From: Microthyrium microscopicum
Lineage: Eukaryota
Assembly (NCBI GenBank): GCA_010405405.1
Contig: MU004238.1
Span: 1,995,530-2,059,529, forward strand
Reading direction: 5' to 3'
DNA: 64,000 nt
Below, piece after piece: positions 12,160 through 25,899 of the stretch; the stretch's first letter is position 1, and every line of letters begins with the position of its first letter. A model generated the notes under the pieces. That model ran no database searches. It saw only the letters and a program-made list of their open reading frames with translations, and was not told the DNA's origin. A program made the translations under genes and the position numbers.

Positions 12160-14446
12160 CTATCCTCCGCGCTCGCCATATTCCGTGGCCCAGTCTTCAA
12201 ACTGCTGGAGACCTTGTTTGTTGACACTGGGACGAATCTTCAGTAAGCTCGATTCAAAGTCTAGGAGCGATATGGGTCGAATGTCTTCAGAGCGTGTAAG
12301 CAGTAGCCGATCGCCCAAACTACGTAGCGGACCCATTGCCGCATCTTTCGTCAAGGCCGTGATGTCAGATCCAGAAAAACCTGTAGCACCACTTAGTAAA
12401 TATACTTCAAGATTCTAATTTCAGAAACATACCTTCAGTCAATCCCACTAGCTTCGCAACGTCCTCCTCGCTCAAATCCTGCTTTTGATTCGCCAACAGC
12501 GTCTTCAACTGTGCGGCCCGGACCTCATCCTCCGGCAACGGGATATACTGACGTCGCACAAATCGCCGGCGAGCAGCATCATCAATCGCCCAAGGCGCAT
12601 TCGTCGCAGCCAATACCAGCACGCGACTAGCGTCCCCAGCGTTTGGCCCAGTGGCTTCTCGTCCGGCAGCCGCGCGTGCAAGATCAGACCACTGAATGAG
12701 AAACTCAGTCTTGATACGGCGACTCGTCTCGTGTTCGCCTGAATCACTTCGGGCGCTGAGCAAAGAATCAATTTCGTCCACGAATATGACTGAGGGCGCA
12801 AGTTGTTTAGCCAAAGAAAAAAGCGCGCGCACTAGTTTCTCAGATTCGCCGAGGAACTTGCTGGTGAGACTGCTTGCGGAAATGGCAAAGAAGGTCGACT
12901 TGCTCTCTGAGGCTACCGCGCGGGCTAGCATGGTTTTGCCAGTACCTGGTGGTCCAAAGAGAAGGATGCCACGAGCTGGTTCACGTAGACCGCGGAAGAG
13001 ATCGGGACGAAGGAATGGGTAGACGACATTTTCTTTGAGGGCGGATTTGGCAATATCGAGGCCGGCAATGTCGGACCAGTGGACTTCATCGCCTTTGATT
13101 ATGACTTCATTGAGAATTTGCTCAGCGGCATGGAAGTCTACGCCACGAGGCAGGTTGGTGAGAATGTTGGCGGAGGTTTCGATCCAAGAGAGCTCTTCGA
13201 TAGCCGAATTGTCTGCTTCAGGCTCTATGGATTCGTTGTTTGATTCCTCATCCGCTTCCTCATCGTCGTCGTCATCGAGTAGGTCTTCGTTTTGCGGGTC
13301 AGGCTGAGAGCGGACCGGCTTGCGTTTGATAAGTGAGACTGGAGAGCGGCGCCGATTTTGTTGTGGGCCTCTAGAAGGAGACGAGTACGGCTGTCGATCT
13401 GGTCGTAATCTGACAGGTCGCGTTTTGGAAGAGCTCGCTGTAGCTGCTTCTGAATGACGAAGAGGGTCACTACCTCGATAAGTTCCAACAGGAACTGCCG
13501 AAGTTGATTTGGACAACGGACTAGGCCGCGATTCGTCTCCCAATACGTTGTTTGCCGAATTTTGCTTCATACGATCTGCTCGGCCGGGTCTCAGTCGCTG
13601 TGGCGCGTGCTCTGGCTCACTCCGTATTCTCGAAATATTAGCATTCAAACTGTCGCGATCCAAATCCAGTGCATCCACTTCATCCTCGAGCTCGACTCGT
13701 GGCGATCTGTTTCTCTGCATAGCTGCCTGACCTGCAAGTACTGTAGTATCTCTAAGTCGCGCTTCATTCTGTGCCCTTCGCTGCCGAGATTCCAGTGGAG
13801 TAGATAGCACATCTGGATTCGTGATCCACGCTTGTGTCGCCGCCTTGGCTGCAGCAGGTGGTCTCGATAAACCCGGTGAACTCTGTGTAGATGATGCGGT
13901 GCGGCGCTGGCGCAATGGCCGAAGTGTACTCTTCATGCGCGCCTTTTTCTCTGGACTCGGTGTCCGTGACGCTCTCCCAGATCTCAAAGGACTTGACGCC
14001 GTCGCACGTATGTCCATTTCAGATGATACGGTTCGCTGAGCTGCTGGTCTACTAGGCAATGGCGGTGGACGTGCCAGATCCGGCACACTCAGCGGAGGAA
14101 TGGTACCACCACCCAACCAGCCTGGTGTTTCGCCATCGGCTTGCTCAGTGCCTTCAGCTTCCTTGCGGCTGGCATCAAGCGCTTCGAGTAGATCGATACG
14201 CTCCTTGCATTGTAGCTCGAGTTGGCGAATTGAAGTGAAGAGGGCGCGTTCGGTTTCGTTTTTGGGTGTATAGTTGGACGGTAGGCGGTATGCATGATGG
14301 TAATGGATCTGCTCGAGGGCGTTTTTCCAACATCGTAAGGCTTCAGCTTCTTCTTTGCGGGATTCGAAATATATGGCTGTTGAGCATACTAGATGGGTAT
14401 CATCGTAGGTCTTTTGTAAAGCAGCAATTGGGGATCCTCGCGTCAT
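12160..14446 (-). CDS. Meiotic-clade AAA+ ATPase (spastin/fidgetin; yeast Yta6/Sap1-like)
   Basis: Walker [23 protein letters not shown] pore loop, Walker B IFVDEID and DDAARRRF. Intron 12432-12381, then a Vps4_C-like end (IRPSV...[13 protein letters not shown]). Confidence 0.9.
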
Positions 14447-15217
14447 GACTGCTATTGCTTGTGAAATGGAATTTGGTGATTATCATGGTTCGACTGAGAG
14501 AAGGCAGACGGTAGAGGTGGTGCATGTGGAGACGTTGGCGGGTGGAGGTGAAGCGGCCGCAGTCCAACAATGGAAAGAGTGACAGATGACGTTGTTGCCC
14601 TTTTCCTCCACCACAACTTTTCCCAGCGACTTTGATGGCTCCCACTGCAGTCGATAATTTGATATCCAAGAATATACGCCTTCCTGGATCGTATAAATTC
14701 CTCAAAATCGTGTAGGAGGTGGTAATACTAATGTGATTTGTCACTTCTTGTGTCGTTGTGATCGTATATTTCTCAAGTCCCAATCCTGTAAACATGTAGA
14801 AAATAGTCCTATCAGACTGAATATGCGTAATATCACTCAACTCTGAAAACCGACACAAGCAGTAGATAGCGGCTTGAATCTGATGATCTTCCTCAGATGT
14901 CTTTCATTTATTATCATCGCCGTCCAACACCTAGCCAATGGAGATAGGTATGCTGCCCGTCCCGACTCCCCATAAAAGGTAGTATGCACATGAAGCAGAG
15001 CCCAATTGCTCTGTTATTGTCGTGCCAGCAAATCTTGCACACCGGCCCTATCAATCCCATCATTTAGTTCTTATTCTAGCGTCTAGCCGGTAATGCCAAT
15101 CCCGCGCCGAATAAGGCCATGACAGGCAGTGGCCCATAAAATCAAGACACCTCCCAGTCACGCCCATTTGGTGCCTGCGATGCATCACCGTCCGAGTTGG
15201 GGGTATCGAATGTCCTC

Positions 15218-16476
15218 TCACCTCTCATTGCGCGCAATGAAGAACGCTTTTGCCATCTCGTATGCAGTCCTATCCATAGTTAGCACAACTTTCTCAGAAC
15301 TTGTGCCAAAAAGATTTACCAGCAAATGGCTGTACTCGGCATCGTCGTCACAATTCGTGGCTTCAGCCCACGGAAAAACCCCTTGTATCCCTCCCGCTGC
15401 TTTATTATCCTCGCCGCTTGCGCTAGACCCTGTACAGTTCGCAACTCCGCGTCGTTGGCCGACCCGCGCGTCTGCAGCAATGTCTTGATCACGTCGAGCG
15501 GCGTCGTTATTCCAGCTGCAATTCCACCAGCAAGACCACCGGCGAAGCAATGTGTATATGGATCGTATTGGCCCTTGGGATTGAGGACTTTGGACATGGA
15601 CTCGTATGCGACAAACTGTAGTGCGGTAAAGGGGACGGTCATGCAGAGCGTGGTAGGGTAGGAGACATAGAAGGCAGTTAAGCCTTCATTGCGAAAAACG
15701 GTACGTGCGCAGTCGACGATGGATTTGTATGAGGAGTTTTGTATCTGCATGCGTTGCTTAATGACTGGTTTGGTCAGTGGTGCCATGTATGAGAGGGGTA
15801 TGTGAGAAGGTTTACCGTCGAATGGGTTCATGAGCGCATCACTTGCTATGGTGGCGCATGAGCCGCTCACAGCTGGATAAGTTGTTAGAATTGTTTGATA
15901 TGCGCAATAGGCTTGTTTAAGCATACCTGCAGCCAACGGATGGTGTTCGTGCTTTCCGCCTTCGTTTCCACCCATTGCATGCTTTACACTCTCATATGTA
16001 GCAAAGTACACAGCGTGAGCGGGACCAGCTCCTACGACAACACTTGACACTCCTCGCCATAATGTTCTGAATCCTTCTACTTTGGTGATTGTGACCATGG
16101 CATTGGATATACCCGAGTATACGGCGGTTGGGGATGGATTGACGACTTGCATCCGAGTCTGCCATAATATCGTCAGAACAAAGCTCCGGTCAACCGGTTC
16201 CTGGTATAAACGTGAAGCTTACCTTCAGTAAATCGATTGGATACATGACCGAGTGTTCCTAATAGCTTTATCAGTCAAAGTTCGTGATGAATCTTAGCCT
16301 GGCAGGCAAGACATACTGCGATACCAGCAAAAGCACCAGCAACCATGTTCGCAGCTAACGAGAAATTGGGCGGTAGGGACTCATAGCTAGAGAAAGGATT
16401 AGTATTCCATGATGCGAGTCTTAGCGATCACTGCAAGCGCTCACTCGAAGTCATCTTCCTCTACAGACGCGGCCAT
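15218..16476 (-). CDS. MRS3: Mitochondrial iron carrier (mitoferrin, Mrs3/Mrs4), many short exons
   Basis: Motifs LPPNFSLAANMVAGAFAGIA, GAGPAHAVYFATYE, DALMNPFD, FYVSYPTTLCMTVPF and PLDVIKTLLQTRG, with three carrier repeats. ATG at 16476. Confidence 0.9.
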
Positions 16477-17632
16477 AAGCCGCGATGTCGGTGGTACGTA
16501 GAACTGAGCTTGAAACAGAAATTGCCGATTAGAGATGCAGACGAGGGCGTCAATAACAGGCCAAATACAAGGAGGAGCGGGTTGCGATTTGAGCAATACT
16601 AGCAGCAAAACGCTTCAGCCAGAAAAAAGAAGTGGTAGAGTGGTGGTTCAAGCAATGCGAAAAAAAGCTATGATGAGCAGTACGGCGGAAAAAGTTGGAG
16701 AGCCCCAGAATTTGGCCAGCCGCCACGGGAACTCGGTGTTGAACAAGGGCGAGCCAAATACCGGCCCGTGAACAACATTGAACATTGGAACTGCTCCGAC
16801 GAGTCCTGCAAATAACTGCCTCATATTACCTCCCGCCTTCTCATTTCTTTATTTTCGGATTGACAATAGCAGATCCTTGGACCTACGATGGTTTGTTTGA
16901 TGGCATACTTGTCACTGCTATTTGGGATAGAGAAGTAGTTGCTCTCGTGCAGGCAGGCAAGGCAGGCTGTTCATGTTCATCGAGCTTTATGCGCTTTCCA
17001 ATTGCCTATCATACATAATCAATTATACAGTTTCATTGCCATTGCCATACAAGCAAACAGGCAAAAGTCGATATCAACATGTCTCGGGTCATAGCTGTAG
17101 CTTGCCAGGTAGAGATTTTGCTGAAATCAAAGCGTTGCTGGTCAATGCGAGTCAGTCCGGACGCTCCATGGTGAACAAGATGACTGGCAGTGCTGGCACA
17201 TCCCCATCAACTACCACTTGTGCCATCGTAATCAATGACGATAACATCTGTCAATTCTGGGCCTATTCGATGCAGAGTCAAAGGTACCGACGACCATAAA
17301 AGAATGAAGCACATGGCGATGGAGAGTAGTAGATTGTAGACATGGCACTTGGGGGAGCGAGCCATTTAACTTGTCAAGAAATCACACTGGATCCAAGTCA
17401 TCCATGAATGACGGCAGAAGGAGTATGTTGGTCCTACCCATAGATCGTTCCGAGACTTTCAACATTGTACAAGACCCGCTCACCGCGTATAGATGAGGTG
17501 TATCTTGTATTCCCGTGTCACAATGGTTTGTCGTCGCATGCTCCATTCCAGGTACCGCCAGCGGCCAAATCGAGTATAGAGCGACGACCCAGATCCACGG
17601 CCTGTCTTTCAGCCCAGATCATGCAGTCTTCA

Positions 17633-19234
17633 CTAACAGTCACAGCGGCCATGATATCGTGGAAATGTAACCATGTCCCGTATACTCGAAACACCAGCCA
17701 GATAGCACAAAAGCCGATCGAATCCAAGCCCAAAGCCACCATGTGGCACGCTACCATAACATCTCAGATCGACATACCAGCGCATGCTATCTGGGACGTA
17801 GGGTCCGCCTATTGTTGCTCCTTCTTTTGTTTCTTGATTTGGGCTAGAACTGTCATACCCTCGATCTGGAGGATCGTTCTTAATGACTCCATGATCGAGC
17901 ATCGACTGTAAAAGGGCGTCCTTTCGATGCTCACGGATTGATCCTCCCACTATTTCGCAGAGATCTGGCACAAGCAAGTCGAAGCATGACACGGTTCTCC
18001 TGTCCGATGGGGTGTCAGCTGGCTGTGATGGAGTTGCCGCCATATAGAATGCCTTGATGGCTCGCGGGTAGTCGGTAATGAAGACCGGTCCATTGTTTCC
18101 CAGCGTCTGTGCTAGATATCGCTCATGCTCTGCTTGCAATCCATGTCCAAAGCTTGTCGGGTGTTCGAATGAAGCCCGTCCATGGACAATCGCGTCCTGC
18201 AAATGTGCAACCGCGTCAACATACGTTATTCGCGGCCACTTGCCGTCAATGAGTTGCGTCCATCTGTTCTGCAACGTTTCCTTGGTGACTGCGCTATCTG
18301 TTGGAGCGTGCTTTGGATCGTGTGCAGCTTGGAGTAGATCTTCGCCGACTTGCGATCTACTCAACCGGGTGGTAATAAACTGCAAAAGTCGTTCAACCAC
18401 ATCCATGATCTTATCTGCATTCTCTTCGTAGGACACCTCAGCTTCAAGCATGTAGAATTCGCTCAAATGTCGGGGTGTGTCGCTCTGTTCTGCTCGGAAA
18501 GTCGGAGATAGAGTCCAGGCTTTTCCAACTGCAGCCGCTATTGCTTCCAAATGCAGCTGAGCAGATACCGTGAGATACTTGGGATCTCGAAAAAAGTTTG
18601 GATGCGCCGGATCACTGGTAGACGATGACTGTGTGCCAACTGTAAAAGCTTCCCCGGCGCCTTCGCAGTCAGAGGATGTAATCAGTGGAGTATGACTCTG
18701 CACGAATTCCTCGTCTTCGAAAAACCTTGTACTGCTGCTGATTGCCTGGGAACGAAGCCTCAACAGTAACGAGTTGAACGGCGTTCGAGCTCGTAAATGT
18801 GGAATAGTCCGCAGAAAGTCTGTACTGTGGTACTTTTTCTGCAAAGGAAAGGATTCGGCATCGTGTCCTTCGGATACGTCCACTTTGGTGACATGAAGTT
18901 CATGTGACTGCTGTGAACTTGGTGAGGGTTTCCAGTACCCCGTAAGGCTCACAGCAGATCCAGTTGACACTCCTTGAGTTTGCTCTGGAGACAAAACTGC
19001 TTGCAGGGGAAGGTATGTTGTGCCATCTCCAAGAGCTAAGAAGGCTACCTTTTTCTGTTTACGGACTGACCGGACCAGTCCTTGGACTGTCAGCAGCTGG
19101 TCCTCGGCCGGGGTGTCATTGGATTTGGGATTGAGAAGGCTCGAGATGGATAGATTTCTATGATGCCATCTGAAAGTGATCGCGTCTGCTGTGGTACACC
19201 AAGTGCGCTGGGAAAGACACACTTTTTTAAACAT
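17633..19234 (-). CDS. SLM5: Asparaginyl-tRNA synthetase, probably mitochondrial
   Basis: OB-fold N-terminus and class IIb motifs TPLITSSDCEGAGE, YLTVSAQLHLE, FRAEQSDTPRHLSEF and PHGGFGLGFDRL. First in-frame ATG at 19234. Confidence 0.9.
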   Translation of the reverse strand: MFKKVCLSQRTWCTTADAITFRWHHRNLSISSLLNPKSNDTPAEDQLLTVQGLVRSVRKQKKVAFLALGDGTTYLPLQAVLSPEQTQGVSTGSAVSLTGYWKPSPSSQQSHELHVTKVDVSEGHDAESFPLQKKYHSTDFLRTIPHLRARTPFNSLLLRLRSQAISSSTRFFEDEEFVQSHTPLITSSDCEGAGEAFTVGTQSSSTSDPAHPNFFRDPKYLTVSAQLHLEAIAAAVGKAWTLSPTFRAEQSDTPRHLSEFYMLEAEVSYEENADKIMDVVERLLQFITTRLSRSQVGEDLLQAAHDPKHAPTDSAVTKETLQNRWTQLIDGKWPRITYVDAVAHLQDAIVHGRASFEHPTSFGHGLQAEHERYLAQTLGNNGPVFITDYPRAIKAFYMAATPSQPADTPSDRRTVSCFDLLVPDLCEIVGGSIREHRKDALLQSMLDHGVIKNDPPDRGYDSSSPNQETKEGATIGGPYVPDSMRWYVDLRCYGSVPHGGFGLGFDRLLCYLAGVSSIRDMVTFPRYHGRCDC

Positions 19235-19515
19235 CAAAGTGACAAATGGATAGAACAAAGATTGATACGAGAGGCGAGTGAATGATGTAAGGTTGACTGT
19301 TGAAAGTCAAGAAAGTAACTGAAGATGGGACAATTACGCGCTAAAGCACAAATGGAAGTCTTAGCCGAGGCGTGGACTGCTCTTCAACTTCACCGAACCG
19401 CTTCGCGTGCCAAGGCATGCTTCTCTCTTTTTACCCTTTCTCACGTAATATTCTCGTGGAGTGCTTGAATCCACCGACTGACTAAAGCGACTGACGGGCT
19501 ACATAATGTGATGGA

Positions 19516-19555
19516 AAGCTAGAAAATGCTTCTTCAAGCTAGAAAATGCTTCTTC
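19516..19555 (+). repeat. Exact 20-bp tandem duplication
   Basis: AAGCTAGAAAATGCTTCTTC occurs twice in tandem. Confidence 0.9.
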
Positions 19556-20038
19556 ATCATCCCCTATCGTTGGAGGCATTACAGCAGAGATGTAACAGCT
19601 AGAAAGGTCACTCGCACGCCATCGTATTCGCTGCCTAACATAGATGCCGCTTTGTTTTGGCTGGCTATTTTCCCATCGAGTGCGTAAGGTTGGGGACTCC
19701 TCGTGGACTACGATAGAAGAACAGGCATACCAACGCCTTCTTCAACGCAAAGCATCATGTCTGTCAGCAACGACATGCTTTGCTAATCATCGAGAATTGA
19801 CCTGTCAGATATCCAATTAGTGGTAGAGCATAACCACGGCATGGACGAAACGCGGGATACCCAGAGTTAATCTCGTAGTGATGGGTCCTTTATTGCTTGG
19901 CGGTACCGATCTACCATTAATATTATAGCTCAAAAAATCTGTCGTCAACTCATCTGAACATCATGTTCTGCGCGCACTTCACTTCAAATCTAACCTCACT
20001 TTTAAGCCTAACGCATCATAGCCTTTTTCGTCTCGACC

Positions 20039-21959
20039 ATGCTTTCGCCAGAAGCTCACGATCTTATTCTTTGCCTGGACCATATGCTTGGAAGTATAGA
20101 GACCGAAGATGGTATTGGTCCCGAGGCATATAGCAGAAGACTCCCGATAGTTTATCTGACAAGTCTCGCAACTTCCACCTTCGTCTGGCTTGATGAGTAC
20201 CGTCACCATCCCGAAATACTCTCTCGCCATGGTATGAAAGACAAGTACGACATCATACAGAATCAGATCTTGAGACCATTTGCAGAGGTACAAGAGCTCA
20301 GCAAATCTCGGGAAACCTCCAAGCGTTGGAGTCGATGGAGCAAAGAGCTTGGATATTGCACTCAAAGCGCTTATGTCCTGGAAGCCTTTTATAGCCTCGG
20401 CCAGAGGCTTTCTCACGTCGCCACATTTTGGCGTGTGCCCGTTCGAGATAGCCAAGGTTTTGTGTGGGAAGCTCAGAGACCGTTGTTCAATCAGTGTCTA
20501 CTTGAGTCTTTACATCGCCGTCCAATCTTCGAGCAAGGACATGATCAGGTAAGTTCTCTTTATCTATTGACACGAAGAGATGGGCTTTCCTGATACGCTA
20601 CTGATTCGAAGCTCTTGCTTATCAGCTGTTAATATTGGATCCCTGTGTACTTCAAAGTTGATCAGTCATACCACATTTGAAGCAGACAAGCTTGAGCAAT
20701 GCTATGATTTCCTCACACTATGAAGTTTTCTGTCCTTCGCTAATTCTTTGTAGTTGGTCTCATGGGATTTTCGGTCACAACATCAGTCAGACTTTTCTTA
20801 CCCTGAAAGATTCACCGCGAATATAGCCACGGAGATCATCCACCTAGTTCAGAGCTGGACACGAGCAGAACAAATTCAGTCCGCCAGATCTTCAGTAACA
20901 GCCAACTCGGCTACTATACCCTTCAGGACATCCTACTATGAAACAGAGAGCTCAATTGCAGATCCAGTAAAAAAGATATCAGAAACGACAAACTTAGCTG
21001 TACCAACACCGATACCGGATCTGGTACCTGTGCAAAAAATGGAATCTCACTGGACATACGAGACGCCTCAGGGAAAAGGATTATTTCAATCAATTAAAGA
21101 ACAATTCCTGAAAAAAAAGGACACACGAAAGAGACGCCTGTCGAAGGAACACCTGCCGAAGGAACACCTATCGAAGGAACACCTACCGAAGGAACACTTG
21201 TCGAAGGAACACCTATCAAAGGAACACCTACCGAAGGCACACCTGCCGCAGAAACACCCGCCGAAAGATGAGTTTTGATTTAGAGACCTGGAAGAAAATC
21301 AGAAGTGGAAAAAAGCCCGCAGTTCCTAGGTCGGAACCGGCTTCCCACGAACAATCACTTCAGATAGTAACCTTACGAGGGAGAGATCGATTGCAGGCCC
21401 AATACCAGAAGGCGCCAGAGCGACAGTCTCTGCACTGGCATACTCAACTGCGCCCGTAGATGTATCGAGACCAACACCAGAGCCGGCGGATGTGCCGAGA
21501 GATGTTTCTTGCGTATAACAGCGTGAACCATTTTGCGATTACATGAATTGACATTTGAAGGCTACGATAGACAAAATCCGATACCAGAATGGGATCTGAA
21601 ATCGACAGGAGAACTACCCAGGACTATACCCATAATGAGCCCCAACTCGTCGTCAATGAAAGCAAGCAGAGTTGTTTATCCAAAGACGAGGAAGCTACTC
21701 CAAGATTGTATAGTTGCAAGTGTGCATGATAAGTAATATCGTGATCAGAGAGGAGAACCATGCTGGACTCCAAGCAGCTCATTTCGCAATTGCCCGCCGA
21801 GTGATGTCACATTGTCTAGACGGTCTTACAACCATGATGGATGGGAGACATAACACGGGATACAATAATGAGTCGCTCCTCTGTGCAGAAATTCAAGGAA
21901 AATTGCGATTCCTGCTCGATCAGTCGGGTTCATCTCCCACTCCTAATCTCTCGATCTGA
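20039..21959 (+). pseudogene. Orphan, probably degenerate multi-segment gene
   Basis: ORF 20039-20548 ends at a GTAAGT donor. Acceptors lie at 20625 and 20753, followed by a chain of + strand ORF fragments to 21959. No family recognised and no clean spliced model found. Confidence 0.3.
21141..21267 (+). repeat. 15-bp minisatellite, about 8.5 units
   Basis: Unit YCGAAGGAACACCTR. It reads (S/P)KEHL in one frame and EGTPx in another. Confidence 0.9.
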
Positions 21960-23276
21960 GCTGTCCTAAAGCTAATTTAGGGGTCCCTTTGGATTGGGTG
22001 AATGCTGCGGCATGGATGCATGATGTTCCTCTTTTATCTCAACCGCATCACGTCCCGCGATCCGAATTAGGACGCTAAGCCGTCCAAGTGTCAATCTGTG
22101 GAACGAAGCACTAGATTTTGTGCGAGAAATCATACAGGATCTGGCCCAGGGTCCTGGATACAAGTCTTTGCCCTGAGACCCGAAAATCTGGTAAAGAACG
22201 GCGACCAATTATGGTCTCCCTGGCCTTGGAAAAGGTCAACTACATGGGTCCACTTTTGAAGTACGATTGTTCATCGAAGCTTTTTTCTTTTTTGCTGCAA
22301 TGTGCATGTACTTATCCCTCCCTTCGAGTAGTTCGTTACTCTAAGCTCCCTCAACTGACACTTATTTGCTAGTTAGATGCGTTGAAGTTTCTTTTTTGAC
22401 CTGTCACTTTTCACTTGTTTGGCCTAGACCACCAATAAGCACACAGACTTGACAGAACACACCTCGAGCCATCGTGCTTGATTGAAAAGCTGCATATCTC
22501 TAATGTTCGAATGAACTGACCCTCATTAGATTGGCTGGGGATCCATTTCATCTTGAGGAGGTCTCCTTATCACCAATTAAGCGGCAGCGATCTACCACCA
22601 CCCAGAGTTTGGCAGTGCTGTGCGACTAGTACGCCAGGATTATGGATATCATCTTGCGTCCCAATACGGCGGACCAGATGGGTTACTGGTCGAGTTTCAC
22701 TGTCGTGTCCCTGAAAATATCAATCTGACGCGCAACTCGTGTCTCTATACTGCCTACCTCTTATATTCAACCGATACCGAAGCCTTTGTTCTCCTACTTA
22801 GTAATGCAGGTCGGTAGTCATCCATGATAGTATTTTGTCCACGTTTATGTCATACTGTGTTTCGATATGAGACTGTGCTACTTATGAATTATGTCTAGCC
22901 CAGATGTCTATAGCTTTGTAGCACCGCAGGAGACATTTCCGGGGATGGGGCAAATCGCATTTCGATCCGGTAGAGGTGCAGCATCTAGAGATTTGTAACG
23001 CATGTATGCATTGGGGTGTGACGTTAGTTTGCGACTACCTGCTTCTGGCAAGCACTTGTTCGTTTACTTTTTCTTTCAATGGTGCAAGTCAACTATTTTG
23101 GCTATAGATCATCAAGTCGAGCCCTCGAAAGGGTCAATAAAAAGCTCGCCTTGTCCCAAAAGACTGTTTCGTTTCCAATGTTTGTAGTGCTTTTGGAAAA
23201 CCTCGTTTATGTATATAAACCAGACGCTTCCCTTTCATTTATCCAACCAATAATCAACTCGTACATTTCAATCAGA

Positions 23277-24240
23277 ATGCCTTCCTATTCAAAAACTGCA
23301 AAAGGAGCTCCCCGCCCATCAGAAGTAGCCAGCGAGATTAAGCGAATTTACCTCCCGTGGGCCAAACAATGGATGCAATCATGTGGTCTAATATCGGGCT
23401 CTGTACTATTTCCTGACTCCAGAGGCATCGCACTGAAAGAACAATCGCCGGACCAAAGGGCACGAACGTATCCAGCTGTCACAGTTCTAGAGGGTGATCC
23501 AGTCGATGTCGCTCTTCACTGGCAAGACGAGATTAACCCCGATGCCGACCAAAGAGATTCTGGAAGTCGGATCCTCGTGGTCAACATGGCCAACGACCGA
23601 AAACCAGGTGGAGACTGGGAATCTGGCACCATCGGCCCAGAAGAATGCTTCGCTAGACGCAGCAACCTCGCCCAACAATTACGGACAGAACTGCATAGCT
23701 GGCGACCAACCAACAGCCACTACCCAATTCCGGCGCGAGGGGGTATCTATACGCTGAATACGAGTATGTTCCCAGCCTGCTGCATGATCAGACGCACAAG
23801 ATAAACACATTTCTAATATCAAACTAGTCGTTTTTCGAGACGGCGCGGACGATTACAAGCCGCGTGATATGCCCAAGTGTCTACCAGTGGTTTCGGTTGC
23901 TCCCGTACGTCGGCCCAAGCTTAATGCGAGTGGTTCCTCCTATACTTTCCAGCAGGAGAGGGAACTTATGTTGGAAAAGATGCGGACGATTTTAAGGATT
24001 GCGGCCCATTGCCAACATCAGGCCATCTGTCTTGGACCATTCGGCACAGGGTCAATGTTTAGGAACCCACCAGCCGAAGTTGCGGAAATGTGGAAGCAAT
24101 TGCTGTTCAATGACTTGGAGTTTAGAGGCCGCTTCCACACGGTCATCTTTGCTATCGATCCAAAACTGTTTAAAGAGGAATATCCCATTTTCAGCGCAGC
24201 ATTTGAGGTTGAGGTTATTTTTCCTTTGGCCAAGTACTAA
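23277..24240 (+). CDS. DUF2263/TIGR02452 microbial-type PARG (macrodomain-like) protein, 2 exons
   Basis: Motifs VVNMANDRKPGGDWESGTIGPEECFARRSNL and ICLGPFGTGSMFRNPP. Intron 23764-23827 joins the two ORFs in frame. Confidence 0.8.
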
Positions 24241-25511
24241 CTTCATATTTGAACTTTGATTTCTTGGAAATCAGGAGTCTGGCGAGGAATTATTACGAAA
24301 TGAGTAGGCGACATACTTGCAACGTTCTCAGAGTTTCTTTTCGGCATAGCAATGGCGCCTCTGCCTTGGGTTTGGGACAGGAAACAAATTTGGGGAATGA
24401 CAAACCACATGGAACCAGCGGGACCGTTTCTTCTATTTTGATCTGTTGTTTTAGAAATCTGGTATTAGATTGCTTAGTACTTTTATTGGTAGGTACCGGT
24501 ATATCCGTATTGGTAGAGGCAACAACATTCTGTATATTACATTTGTAGATTGCAATGAAGAGTTCGCCATTCTTAGAACCCATGGGAGCGGGGCTGCATC
24601 ATCGTCGATATTGACAGTTCGAGTATTGCTTTTGGTGATGCGGGAGGCTAGTGAATGCTTTTTCGCGACCTGTTCTCTCCTGATTGCAAAAGAGGCATCT
24701 CCAGTAGTACTTATCAAGCAGTCAGAGAACGTATCCATGTAAAGTCTCAAATGTTCGATTCTTGGTTTCGAGATAGGGTACTGTGGAAGACATCAGACGC
24801 AGCGCTCACGTTGAAGTTACTAAGGGGGGCTATCGTGAGATTAGGCCTCCCGCCCAAAAGAACATACACCTTGCTTTTGACGACTTAGGTACATGAGCAT
24901 AAGTCGGGAAGTGGTTTCTTTGTCAGATAAGATTTGAGTGTGGTTTGTTTCTGCAACTTTTGAAAAAGTAGAACATTCAGGAGGTTCAAATTTGATTTTA
25001 ACGGTCGTGTCATGAGATTAGGCTTTCTTCTCGAAACTGTCCAGTGCCGGGCCTCATTCTGATATTCGTTCCAAGGTGCTTCTGTATCAAGCTGACTCGA
25101 TCAACTCGCTCGCATTCGCTCTTCAAAACAAGTGCCTCGTTGTGGTGCTGCTATTATTGACCACAATATCTGCTATAACACTTCAAACAAATCAAAAATT
25201 GTTATGCCCATCGAATTCAGTGACCTGATAAGTGCTTGACCGCGCTCAGCAGGAACTACAGGAGCCTTTTGTAAGAAGTGCTATGCAGACATCGTAGTTG
25301 ATGGGAGATGTGGGCTCAATAGCGGGCCGAATCGCTGGCATTGAACGACTGGCTCTCACGTCAACTGCTTTATCGTTCACAAAGCTAAAACTAGATCCCA
25401 AGTTAGCTTAACATGTGAGGGATCGCTCAAGTTTGAAAGTCTTTACCTTGAAAAACGAGTCAGATTCGTCTTGGTCGCCAAGTTTGAGGGGAGAGTTTTG
25501 CTAAGATTGCT

Positions 25512-25899
25512 TTATTTTTTGTTGAACATTTCTTCCTGCTGCCTTTTCAATAACTGCTCTTTATCATACTCAGCGACTCTGCGTTGCTTGAAGTATTTGA
25601 CCTTATTGATTTCGTTTGTTAGCTTTTCCACTACAGCACCACGAAAGCCGAACTGTGGACAAACTCACCCAACTAGAGGCACAATTCTCTTCATACTTCT
25701 GATTCTCGCTAGGACATGCCTTCGTGGCCTTGTCTTCATCCTTTAGTGCATCTAGGATATCGTGTTTATCGAGACATAGGAAGAATCGGTCCCGAGAATC
25801 CCAGCATTTGGCCCTTGAAATGCGGTCTGGTGCCTCAACCACTTTGTTTTCAGGTTCGGCCGCTTTCTTTGCAGAAGACCATGGAAGCCAGGAGGACAT
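25512..25899 (-). CDS. COA6: Cytochrome c oxidase assembly factor 6 (COX6B-like), 2 exons
   Basis: APDRISRAKCWDSRDRFFLCLD...C...YEENCASSW|VKYFKQRR, a Cx9C-xn-Cx10C pattern. Confidence 0.88.

Noticed and set aside
21141..21267. Repeat array considered as CRISPR-like
   Set aside because: Contiguous 15-bp units without spacers, in a eukaryotic context.
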